The notes beneath the pieces were generated by a model. The model was not told the DNA's origin. It saw nothing but the letters and a program-made list of their open reading frames with translations, and ran no database searches. This document shows, in pieces, positions 28,501 through 36,847 of a stretch of 64,000 nt of DNA. Source of the DNA: Patescibacteria group bacterium (GTDB taxonomy: Bacteria > Patescibacteriota > Patescibacteriia > UBA10025 > JAHIVO01). The stretch spans positions 187,284 through 251,283 of the forward strand of contig JBAZKE010000001.1 of NCBI GenBank assembly GCA_041650915.1. Reading direction: 5' to 3'. Both the position numbers and the translations under genes were made by a program. The number at the start of each line of letters is the position of its first letter. Within the stretch, counting starts at the first letter, position 1.

Positions 28501-31500
28501 GCCGTGCTCCAGTTCCGGCGTCGGTTGATGCGTCGGTTGCCATTCCGCCTAATCTTAATGTTGCGATCGCTACCACGGTCGAGCCGACAGGCACCGACCC
28601 GGTATTTATCGAGCCGACGGCAACGGACGGCGCGGTGACCGAAACCGGAAGCGGCGAGCTCAACGTAACGACCGATCCGCCGCCGGTGCCTCCATCGCCT
28701 GCAGTTGTCAACCATTATCCGACGTGCGGTGATGTCTGTCCAAACGGCCAGATTGGCGGCGCAATAAGCCTCAATGTTGCCGCGAGCATGGTGTACGGAG
28801 GCGGCAGCACGGTGCGGCTGTACGCATGCGCCGACGCTTCGTGTGATCCGGGTTCGCTCACGCCGGTTGCGCCCGGCGACGTGGTATTTAACGCAACGTA
28901 CGACGGCTCGTCCGTAACTAATTTTAGTATCAATTCCGCAACCACGTGGCCCGCTGACCAGAACTACCGGGTATTTTTATCCGGAGCGATCGCCGATGCG
29001 GTAAACGGAATGTTGTTATCGGGCCTCAACTGGACCGATCCGCTCGACGGTGTTTCGGGCTACACGTGGCAATTCAAGACAAAAGCTGGCGCGGGAGCAT
29101 GCTCGCTGGAATCTGTTGAAACAATTCCGCACGTGTTTTCATTGCCAGAGACGATGACCCATAATTACTACGCAAATGCCCGTTCGCTTCCGGACTCGTG
29201 CGATCCGGCGGGCCAGATCCTCGATCCAAATCCGCTCATATGGTCGTGGGATATACGCGATCCGCTCTCACGGGTGCCCGCAGTCGCCTCAGTCGACGCT
29301 TCGGCTGCCGTGCCCGCTAACCTCAACCACGCGGTTGCTACTGCAATCCACAGCACGGTAGCGGATCCCGTCTATGTACGGGCACAGGCGACAGATCCAG
29401 GAGCGCCGGTTACGCATGAGGGCGAAGGTGAGTTTACCATAACGGCAGACCCTCCGCCGATACCGCCCTCGCCGATGGTTGTGAACCACTACCCCACGTG
29501 CGGAGATGTATGCCCGAACGGCTTGGTCCGCGGCACCATTACCCTCGATGTGCTCGCGAGTTTGTCATACGCACCGGCAGGAACCGTCCGCTTGTACTCG
29601 TGTTCTGATCCCGCATGTGCACCGGGTACGATGACATTCGTCCCCGCAGCAGATATCAATTTCGTACCGACCGTCAACGGTGGCAATACTGATTTTGAGA
29701 TAAACCACAGCACCGGCTGGGCAGCGGATACGGGCTACCGCGTTTTTCTCGCCGCGGGGATCACTGATGGCGTTGAAACGCTCGCAAGCATCAATTATAC
29801 CGATCCGGCGGACAGCACTCCCGGCTACTCCTGGACGTTCAAAACAAAGCCTGGCGCTGGCGCGGTGTGCTCCCTCCAGTCCGTTGAGACCGTGCCGAGC
29901 AGCTTGATTCTTGCTGAGACTGAATCTTACAACTATTACGCAAATGCGCGTTCGCTACCAGACTCGTGCGATCCGGCAGGCCAGATCCTCGATCCGAATC
30001 CGCTCACGTGGGTTTGGGACGTCAGGGATCCGCTCCTCCGCGCACCGGTACCTGCCATAGCTGATGCGGTGCCGGCGGTTCCGCCGAATTTGAACCATGC
30101 AGTCACGACCGCGGTCGCCGGTACAGGTGCGAATCCAGTCTATATACGGGCACAGGCTACTGATCCTGGATCGGCTGTTACGCACGAGGATGAGGGCACA
30201 CTCAGCGTTTCGGCAGGGCTTCCCCCGGATCCCCAACCGCCGACCGTCATTGACCGGAACCCGCTCTGCAACGATGTCTGCCCGAACGGCTTGATCCGCG
30301 GCACGATAAGCCACGACGTTGCAGCGAGCATGGCGTACGGCTCCGGCAGTACGGTGCGGCTGTACTCCTGCTCAGACCCGAGCTGTGCCCCGGGAACTCT
30401 CACGATTGTGCCGGATGCCGACATTACCTTTACTGTGACGGTGAATGGCGGCAATACTGATTTTGAAATCAACCACGCGTCGGGGTGGACTCCTGATACG
30501 GGCTACCGCGTGTTTCTGTCGCAGGGAATCACGGATGGAGTACGGAATTTGGCGAATCCAAACTGGTCAGATCCGTTCGACGGCACCTCAGGCTACTCAT
30601 GGGTATTCAAGACAAAACCGGGCGCGGATGCATGCGTGCTTGAAACGGTGGACATGGTCCCATCGATCGCGAGCGAGCCTGCATCGGTAACTATCAGCTA
30701 CTACGCGAATGCCCGTTCACTCCCGGATTCGTGCGATCCCGCCGGCCAAATTATTGATCCCTATACGTTCACCTGGACATGGAATATCAATGATCCGCTC
30801 GCACGCGTGCCTATCGTTGCCTCTGTCGATGCGTCGACTGTCGTGCCGCCGAACTTGAACCACGCTCTCACAACTACGCTCGAGCCGACGGGAACCGACC
30901 CGGTCACCGTCGAAGCCAATGCGCAGGTCGGCGCACTCTCGAGGACGGGCAGCGGTGAGCTCAACATTACCACCGATCCGCCTCCTACTGACCCATATCC
31001 GACCGTTGTCCTTTGGTACCCCGAGTGCCAGGACGTGTGCCCCAATGCGCAGGTTGGCGGGCGGATAACCCTCGACGTGGGCGCCTCGATGTCGTATACC
31101 GCACAGAGCGATACGGTACGGCTCTATACTTGTTCTGATCCAACCTGCGGTCCCGGCACGATGACGTACGTCGGTCCCGGTATGGTAACGCTCACTGCGA
31201 GCTACATTGGCGGTAATACTGAGTTTGCCGTTAATGCACTTGCAAACTGGCCTGCCGATACGTACTACCGCGTGTTCCTTTCCCGCGATATCGTCGATGC
31301 AACGTATGGACATACGCTCGCCAGCCTCAACTGGTCAGACCCTTTTGACAGCACGCCGGGATACTCATGGACATTCAAGACAAAAGCAGGATCCGATCCC
31401 TGCGCACTCGAAACAGTCGAGACGCTTCCCCCGTACGCTTCAACGACGCTCGGTGTGAATGTCACATACCTAGCGAATGGCCGGACCTTGCCTGACTCCT

Positions 31501-34500
31501 GTGATGCAGCAGGCCAGATACTGAATCCGGCTGGCTTGTCCTGGACGTGGTCGTATAATGATCCCTTTGGCAGGCCAGGTTTGCCGCTTGCGACGGTTAT
31601 CCAGGACAGCCTCAATCATGCCCACGCGATCCCGGTTGCGCGGACAAATTTCCAGCCGGTGCAGGCAGTCGCGGGCGCGACGCAGGGCGGTCCGATTGTA
31701 TCTGGAGCCGGCAATCTTGATATACTCGACTGCACGGATAATACGTTCTGCCGCGACCACTGCTTTGCGCTTACCGGGGTGCCCAATAGCTCTACTTGTG
31801 ATCTCGCGACAGGCAGCTGCACGCCGGTTGTCACCTCTCTGGTCCAGAACCAAGGCCCGATTGATACCTCGTTCAGCGTCAACGGCTGCTACTTCGGCGC
31901 AACGAGGGATGATGGCGCGGTTATGTATTATACGGCCGCTCAACCCGGTGGAGTTGCAGCTGCCTTGCTCTGCGGTGATGTCGGCTGGTCCGACAACCAG
32001 ATCATTGCCAGCATGAGCCTCAATCCGGCTCTGTATAGCGCTGGAGATGTCGTCACGGTTTCACCGAGAACGGGAAGCATATACGGCGCCCTAAGCCCGA
32101 ATCCAGGGGATACGGAAGAATTCACCTTGAGCGATGAGTGTATCCCGGGAGTGAGCGTCCCATCCGGCGGCATGCCGATACTCTGCCAGGTTGTGCCAGG
32201 CACGGCTGCATTAGGGCAGGATATATCGCTCGATGGGTTTAATTTCGTTGGGGCGATATCCAGCGCCGCACAGTTTTATACTGGTTCCGGTGTGCCGCCC
32301 TATACGCCTGGAGTTGCCGGATCATTTGTCGCGGCTGTCCCGCCGTATGAGGATCGGTATTCAAATGTGACGGTTCCCGGAGCAGCAGTGAGCAGCGCTA
32401 CGCTCGGCGTGCGGATGCTTGTCGATAGCTGTCCATCCAATCCAGTTGGCTTTGGCGTGCGGTGCGACGACGATACTGACTGTACGGTGCCCGGATACCA
32501 GTGCTGTGCATTCGATCCGGGGCACGGCGAGAATGTTTGTTCCCTTGATGCACTGTGCAGCTCCGGCGGGCCTGGAGATCCGTGTACCGATGGCGCTGTC
32601 TGCCCGGTTGGCCCGTCGTGTATTGATCCCGCTAACTATTCATGCCTGACCGACGGTGGCGACTGTAACTGCTGCTGCGCTCCGGGGCAGGTGAGCACGA
32701 CCGGGCTCGATTGCGTGACAAACCAGGCTCCCTGTGATGGCGGCACCCGCGGGTTGTACTGCGGGTGCACGAGTGACGCTGACTGCGGTAATCCGGCAAC
32801 TATCGGCTGCTCTCCCGTGGCGCCGAACTGCTGCTACCAGCGTCCGCGCGTAGTAACCGCGCAGTCAACGCCGCTACCTGGCGCGCCAAATGTATGCCTC
32901 AACGCAGGGATGATCGTCGTATTCGATCAAGCAATGGATAACAGTACGCTTATAGCGGGTAACATTATTCTGCAGGATGTAACCGGGAGCACATCGAGAG
33001 CCATCACCGTCACTGGGATGGGGGACCGCGCCCTTGTGCATCCGGATGCGCTGCTAGAGTCAAACCACGTACATAGGATTGTCATACTCGGACAGCCCCT
33101 CGGGGGGGTTCGTTCTGCACGACAGATTGCCTTGGCCGGCGCGGGTTTAAACTATGATTATAATTCAGACGGTGTCCTCGACAGCTTCGCGTGGACGTTC
33201 ACGACCCGGTTGAACACGTGCGCTATTACTGGATACTATATGCGGGCAGGCTGGGCCACTGGATCGGATTTTGATCCGCGGGTAACTCCCGTCAGCTTCA
33301 ATTGCGCTCACGATACGTGCTTCAACGACCGCAATACAACACATCCAGGCAACAATATTCACGTCTATGCCTACCCGCTCGATGAGAACGGCAACTACGT
33401 TGCCGATTCAATCATTTCCTGGTCAGAATTTGATCCGTCGAATGCCCTGCTTTTGGAAGATCCGGTTTTTCCTCCTGATCCGCCGTCCCCGAATGGCATC
33501 AACCACTATCTGACTGCGCAGAACAGCACTGGCATGGTAACCGTTACTGTAACGGCAAACTCTCCGTCGTCCGGCACCTACAGTGAGAATTTTGAGGTCA
33601 ACGTCGACCTCTGTACCGCGCCGTGGCCTGATGTGTGGGCAGGAGATGACTACCCATTTGTGGATGATACCGGCAATCCCACCCACGAAACACAGTTTTC
33701 CGTGTCGTACTGCCGTGAACCGGGAGGGCTGCCCCTGCTCAATTCGCCGTCCGTTGCGATCATTGATGAGAATGTTCCGAGTGAGCCGGGGAGAGATGAG
33801 CTCCTTAAAGAATTTTTCTTCCTCAGGGCTGGCATAGCTGATGCGATCGGCATCCGGGTCATGGAGAATGAGGGCGGAAAATCGCCTCGCGACTGGTACT
33901 TTCAGCAGTTTGGGCCGTCCGCTCCTGAGCCGCAGGCGCTCACTATCGACGGGTATCCGGCAGTCCGGTCCGGCAGGACGGTGTACGTGACCGCGTGGAA
34001 TGTTGATCTCGGCACCGGTATCATATACCCGAACGTCTACCTCATGTCGTACAGCGACGGGGCATCTGCTGAGACGATTGAGATATACAACAGGATGCTC
34101 GCAAACTGGCGCTTTAATGCGAACCTCACCGCAACTGAAAAAGCGCAGCTTCAGCGCGATATGAAACGCGTGAGCGACCTGAGCGATATCTTCAACAAAC
34201 TCCTCGACTATAAGGCGGCGCATGGCACGTTTCCACTGCTCGAGGGGGGGACTTTTATCAACGGGGTCAGCACGTCGCGGTGGCCATCATGGCAGGAAAC
34301 ACTCGGCGCCGCAGCGGGGATTACGCTGCCGGTGGATCCGCTCAATAACCTGTCTCCAATCACCGCATGCCCGTCGCCGCCATTTGACCAGCAGACCTGC
34401 TGGGATGATGCCGGCAAAGTGTACGTTACCCCGGCCAGTTCACACATCTATTTGTACCGCGCCAGTTCGAGCGGGGACGTCGCGAATCTGTACGCGCGCC

Positions 34501-36749
34501 TTGAGCGTATCTGGTACGATGGCGGTGTAGACTTGTTCATGTGGGCCGGAGCGCCGGTCTTCAACCCGTGCGTTGGCATTCCCAATGCTACGTGCAATGC
34601 CTTCAACTACGCGCACCTCCTGTCGGGGAGCGCAAGCGACCATACGCCGCCGGTTTTCTTGTGGGCGCACGCGGATGGCTTCACGTTCCTTCCCGATGTC
34701 GGGCCGCCACCGCCGACCCTCCCGGGAGTCAATCCGCTGATTACAGCTTCGTTTATTGACGATATGGAGCTTGCGTATGCTGAGTTTTACATTGACGGGA
34801 TTCTCCGCCATACGTCACCGGTGGAAGCAGGCTTCTTCTACCAGTGGGATGGGTTTGTGCAGACAGATTTTTCCGAGCAGGTGCATAATTTTATGATCAG
34901 GGGCTACGATACTGCGGGCAACTATTCGGATGCGAGCGCGGACATCCAGATCACGCACAATTTCGGAGATACGACCCCGCCCTTTATACAGTTCATTAAC
35001 CCTCTCGATGGCACTACGGTATCGGGCACGGTTCAGGTCCGGGTAACGGGCAGTGATAACAGGCAGATCACGTCATTCCAGCTTGATGTGACTTGCACGG
35101 GCGGCCCTTCGTTCGGGCCCATACCGCCAGTTCCGAATCCGCATACGATTTCGTACAGTTGGGATACGACATCCCAGCCAAACGGCCCCTGCTCGCTCGA
35201 GGCGACGATCTATGACGGCACAAATCCGCCTGTCGTCGCAGCGGTTACCGTGAATATCGATAACCAGGATACGGTTGAGCCGGCCGTAACCCTGACGAGC
35301 GCCCCGGGAACGTGCGCTGCCGACGGTGCAGCCTGCAATATCAGCGTGCCGTGCGCGAACACGGTATGCGACGGCGGATCGAATGACCGCGCCGCCTGTT
35401 CCGGTCCGGCTGATTGCGATACGGGCATCCCGTGCACGCCAATCTGCGAACGTTCGGGTGTCGTTCCGGTCCAGGTAACGGCGACCGATAACCAGGCGGT
35501 CACGAGGGTTGATTTCCTTGTCGATGGCATTGTGCAGGACCAGGGAACGGAGATCGGGCCAAATACCTATGAGTGGCTATGGGATACGCGGATTTACTCG
35601 AACGGCGACCATACGCTCTCGGTGAATGCCTACGATGCTTATAGTAACAGCGGCGGTTTGAGCGTCCAGTACCGCCTGTGGAATGCCGAGCAGGATTCGG
35701 TCCCGCCAACCGTGTCTTTCGTTTCACCTCCGACCCCGGTTTACGGCTCGTCGGTCGATAATACGATAACGGTTGAAGTTGATGCTCTCGACAATCCGGG
35801 CGGTTCAGGCGTGCAAAGGGTTAACTTTTACCTCGATTACGTCTGGAAAGCTGCGGATGCGACAGCCGGGCCGTATTCATGGAACCTCGACACGCTTCCC
35901 ATCTCCGATGGCTGGCACAGAATCCAGGTTGATGCGGTCGATAACAATGGCAACCGCAGCGAGAGCATAGAAATACGGGTTGAGGTTCGCGGCACGGGGG
36001 GTCCGCTCATAACGTATGCGCTCGTGACGCCCTGCAGCGGCGGCCAGTTTACGCCGTTCAACTTTACGGCTGTCGTGACGGATCCGGATGGCGTGAGCAG
36101 GGTGGAAGCGATCATCCAGCAGCCGGATAATGTTCCGATTGACCGGTCTACCATGACTGATGCCGGCCTGGATACGTACATCGGATCTTGGAATTCCGGC
36201 ATCCACGAGGGGACATTCTTTGTTGATATTGAAGCCGAAGACGCGGCAGGGAATATTAGCTGGCTCGATAACATTGAGTGCACGGCAGTGCCCTGTGCCG
36301 TGAACGGAGATGCGTGTAGTGCCGCTTCGGACTGTTGCAGCGGTTACTGTGGCGGCGGCGGCATCTGTGCAGAGCCACCCGCCTGCCTGCCGAATGGGAA
36401 TGCATGTACGGCTAACGGGGATTGTTGCAGCAACTACTGCGATAGTGGGGGGTCGAACCAGTGTGAAGACCTGCCCTCACCCCCGACATGCCCTGACGGG
36501 AATTGTGATGTAGGCGAGGATCCGGATACATGCCCTGCTGATTGCGGGAGCAATTGGTCGGTGTACCTGTGCCATACTCAATTTGGGGAAGTACACGTGA
36601 TCAGCTCGTGGTGTGATACATCCGCAGCTTGCTCTAATCCCGGACCGCCACGGTGGGAGTGCGAAGCATCCGATCCGGCAAATCATGCGTGTCTCAATCC
36701 CGCAAGCCCCGTGGTGTGCTGCATGGTTGATGTAAACTGTGCAATATAG
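25581..36749 (+). CDS. Giant cell-surface protein (3722 aa) with signal peptide, VirB2/TrbC-like double-TM N-terminal anchor, tandem Cys-bearing beta-repeat modules, knottin-like Cys modules and Ig-like C-terminal domains
   Basis: Uninterrupted 11,169-nt ORF. N-terminus has a signal peptide (…PVHA|QAG) followed by two hydrophobic helices separated by a basic loop (…FLWMTARGDVARIDKAKKVIQRAIIGLIIVLL…). Five ~255-aa repeats each contain NHYPxCxDVCPNxxxGG…TVRLYxCxDxxC…GGNTDFxINH…YRVFL…GYSWxFKTK…YYANARSLPDSCDPAGQILDP. C-terminal CxxxxxxCxxxxxCCxxxCxxxxxC modules and Ig-like segments (PPTVSFVSPP…) follow. Confidence 0.8.
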   Translation: MGIENKKSFLRGFSASLIVGAFLLLPLFFGMSNPVHAQAGVSGELGATFGLGTADLMSTVISIVQWFLGFLGLIAVIMILYGGFLWMTARGDVARIDKAKKVIQRAIIGLIIVLLSWSIVTFIYKVVSDATSTPPLPAHCSDGIQNFDETGVDCGGVDCLPCGHILPTDDFEWDENETSFASGGDYATDVNRCSRIQALFNHNVDQASVDALWAPDNSGEIFVEGFTPVGSVEWVTSGKMLTFKHDDDLLGSDLGPVGYRLWMPKAVRDTDGSGILLETISTGVSGEGTNPHGGGTPNDAFYWDFQTGTEIDDVMPTITDTYPISDLASPWYPDQSVVRAPEIEISFNEAIDATTIYGAGGHPIAGNFVLEELASFGGAVVGTVPDANLGVEMMAQGFRIRMVPPNLLESWTWYRITIDHIEDLCGNPMPGPYVWEFQTTDLAPGVSGYYPTGSSECPDVIPTIVFNTQMFSDLVHIEINGSDGSQYIAEMRPSNINPASNPNFILGTLPGSPNMGYLQVADHAMPVDNRFRVFEFHPSDIVYNPVPLSTNTTYTVDVTTDKLIDVSTYLSQSWSFTTADAASCTCAPFITSISPNAGPRGECITVHGPCFQGTPANPASITSFTFVDPYDGIPGVTTATPDGSGPTYVATTLPLAFNDGDFARPQIEITYDPPSSFGTVASSNASVDYYVATPDTATGPCLFGINPSSGYHGTGVSLTGTRFNPTSSLKRVNFTGDFQTLTSWYDDWATTTVPGGAAYGINQVSIENDAGPSNKVPFEVSTIPPNEPVVINHYPICQDVCPTAQVGGTISLNVTASMLYGPASTVRLYECTDATCASLTFVPAADVVFTTSLIGGNTDFSINHSTGWAVDTNYRVVLTNAIQSSTGGYLSTVNYTDPFSGELAYSWTFKTKPDAAGCVMETVETIPPTASEPVGVHIDYVANARTAPDSCDPSGQILNANLFTWTWAVDDPLSRAPVPASVDASVAIPPNLNVAIATTVEPTGTDPVFIEPTATDGAVTETGSGELNVTTDPPPVPPSPAVVNHYPTCGDVCPNGQIGGAISLNVAASMVYGGGSTVRLYACADASCDPGSLTPVAPGDVVFNATYDGSSVTNFSINSATTWPADQNYRVFLSGAIADAVNGMLLSGLNWTDPLDGVSGYTWQFKTKAGAGACSLESVETIPHVFSLPETMTHNYYANARSLPDSCDPAGQILDPNPLIWSWDIRDPLSRVPAVASVDASAAVPANLNHAVATAIHSTVADPVYVRAQATDPGAPVTHEGEGEFTITADPPPIPPSPMVVNHYPTCGDVCPNGLVRGTITLDVLASLSYAPAGTVRLYSCSDPACAPGTMTFVPAADINFVPTVNGGNTDFEINHSTGWAADTGYRVFLAAGITDGVETLASINYTDPADSTPGYSWTFKTKPGAGAVCSLQSVETVPSSLILAETESYNYYANARSLPDSCDPAGQILDPNPLTWVWDVRDPLLRAPVPAIADAVPAVPPNLNHAVTTAVAGTGANPVYIRAQATDPGSAVTHEDEGTLSVSAGLPPDPQPPTVIDRNPLCNDVCPNGLIRGTISHDVAASMAYGSGSTVRLYSCSDPSCAPGTLTIVPDADITFTVTVNGGNTDFEINHASGWTPDTGYRVFLSQGITDGVRNLANPNWSDPFDGTSGYSWVFKTKPGADACVLETVDMVPSIASEPASVTISYYANARSLPDSCDPAGQIIDPYTFTWTWNINDPLARVPIVASVDASTVVPPNLNHALTTTLEPTGTDPVTVEANAQVGALSRTGSGELNITTDPPPTDPYPTVVLWYPECQDVCPNAQVGGRITLDVGASMSYTAQSDTVRLYTCSDPTCGPGTMTYVGPGMVTLTASYIGGNTEFAVNALANWPADTYYRVFLSRDIVDATYGHTLASLNWSDPFDSTPGYSWTFKTKAGSDPCALETVETLPPYASTTLGVNVTYLANGRTLPDSCDAAGQILNPAGLSWTWSYNDPFGRPGLPLATVIQDSLNHAHAIPVARTNFQPVQAVAGATQGGPIVSGAGNLDILDCTDNTFCRDHCFALTGVPNSSTCDLATGSCTPVVTSLVQNQGPIDTSFSVNGCYFGATRDDGAVMYYTAAQPGGVAAALLCGDVGWSDNQIIASMSLNPALYSAGDVVTVSPRTGSIYGALSPNPGDTEEFTLSDECIPGVSVPSGGMPILCQVVPGTAALGQDISLDGFNFVGAISSAAQFYTGSGVPPYTPGVAGSFVAAVPPYEDRYSNVTVPGAAVSSATLGVRMLVDSCPSNPVGFGVRCDDDTDCTVPGYQCCAFDPGHGENVCSLDALCSSGGPGDPCTDGAVCPVGPSCIDPANYSCLTDGGDCNCCCAPGQVSTTGLDCVTNQAPCDGGTRGLYCGCTSDADCGNPATIGCSPVAPNCCYQRPRVVTAQSTPLPGAPNVCLNAGMIVVFDQAMDNSTLIAGNIILQDVTGSTSRAITVTGMGDRALVHPDALLESNHVHRIVILGQPLGGVRSARQIALAGAGLNYDYNSDGVLDSFAWTFTTRLNTCAITGYYMRAGWATGSDFDPRVTPVSFNCAHDTCFNDRNTTHPGNNIHVYAYPLDENGNYVADSIISWSEFDPSNALLLEDPVFPPDPPSPNGINHYLTAQNSTGMVTVTVTANSPSSGTYSENFEVNVDLCTAPWPDVWAGDDYPFVDDTGNPTHETQFSVSYCREPGGLPLLNSPSVAIIDENVPSEPGRDELLKEFFFLRAGIADAIGIRVMENEGGKSPRDWYFQQFGPSAPEPQALTIDGYPAVRSGRTVYVTAWNVDLGTGIIYPNVYLMSYSDGASAETIEIYNRMLANWRFNANLTATEKAQLQRDMKRVSDLSDIFNKLLDYKAAHGTFPLLEGGTFINGVSTSRWPSWQETLGAAAGITLPVDPLNNLSPITACPSPPFDQQTCWDDAGKVYVTPASSHIYLYRASSSGDVANLYARLERIWYDGGVDLFMWAGAPVFNPCVGIPNATCNAFNYAHLLSGSASDHTPPVFLWAHADGFTFLPDVGPPPPTLPGVNPLITASFIDDMELAYAEFYIDGILRHTSPVEAGFFYQWDGFVQTDFSEQVHNFMIRGYDTAGNYSDASADIQITHNFGDTTPPFIQFINPLDGTTVSGTVQVRVTGSDNRQITSFQLDVTCTGGPSFGPIPPVPNPHTISYSWDTTSQPNGPCSLEATIYDGTNPPVVAAVTVNIDNQDTVEPAVTLTSAPGTCAADGAACNISVPCANTVCDGGSNDRAACSGPADCDTGIPCTPICERSGVVPVQVTATDNQAVTRVDFLVDGIVQDQGTEIGPNTYEWLWDTRIYSNGDHTLSVNAYDAYSNSGGLSVQYRLWNAEQDSVPPTVSFVSPPTPVYGSSVDNTITVEVDALDNPGGSGVQRVNFYLDYVWKAADATAGPYSWNLDTLPISDGWHRIQVDAVDNNGNRSESIEIRVEVRGTGGPLITYALVTPCSGGQFTPFNFTAVVTDPDGVSRVEAIIQQPDNVPIDRSTMTDAGLDTYIGSWNSGIHEGTFFVDIEAEDAAGNISWLDNIECTAVPCAVNGDACSAASDCCSGYCGGGGICAEPPACLPNGNACTANGDCCSNYCDSGGSNQCEDLPSPPTCPDGNCDVGEDPDTCPADCGSNWSVYLCHTQFGEVHVISSWCDTSAACSNPGPPRWECEASDPANHACLNPASPVVCCMVDVNCAI
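27930..31760 (+). repeat. Intragenic tandem array of 5 units of ~765 bp (252-258 aa)
   Basis: Anchor motif aaccactaccc/aaccattatcc (NHYP) recurs near 27954, 28710, 29484, 30250 and 31010. Unit lengths are 756-774 bp and units are diverged (~50-65% aa identity). Confidence 0.7.
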
Positions 36750-36847
36750 CTATCAATATCAGGTGTTGATGATCCAGAGCGACTCGAGTATACTTTATTA
36801 AGGCGCAAAAAGAATTAATTTTTTAATAGTGATAAAGGAGCAGCATT

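Noticed and set aside
27930-31760. Tandem repeats considered as a CRISPR array or mobile-element remnant
   Set aside because: The period is ~765 bp, units are diverged, and all are in-frame coding sequence of one protein. There are no short direct repeats with unique spacers, and no cas, transposase or integrase genes in the window.
26124-34223. Numerous minus-strand ORFs of 60-294 aa (e.g. 26124..27008, 31470..31943, 33423..34223) inside the giant gene
   Set aside because: All are antisense shadows of the 11-kb plus-strand ORF. Their mutual similarity simply mirrors the sense-strand tandem repeats.
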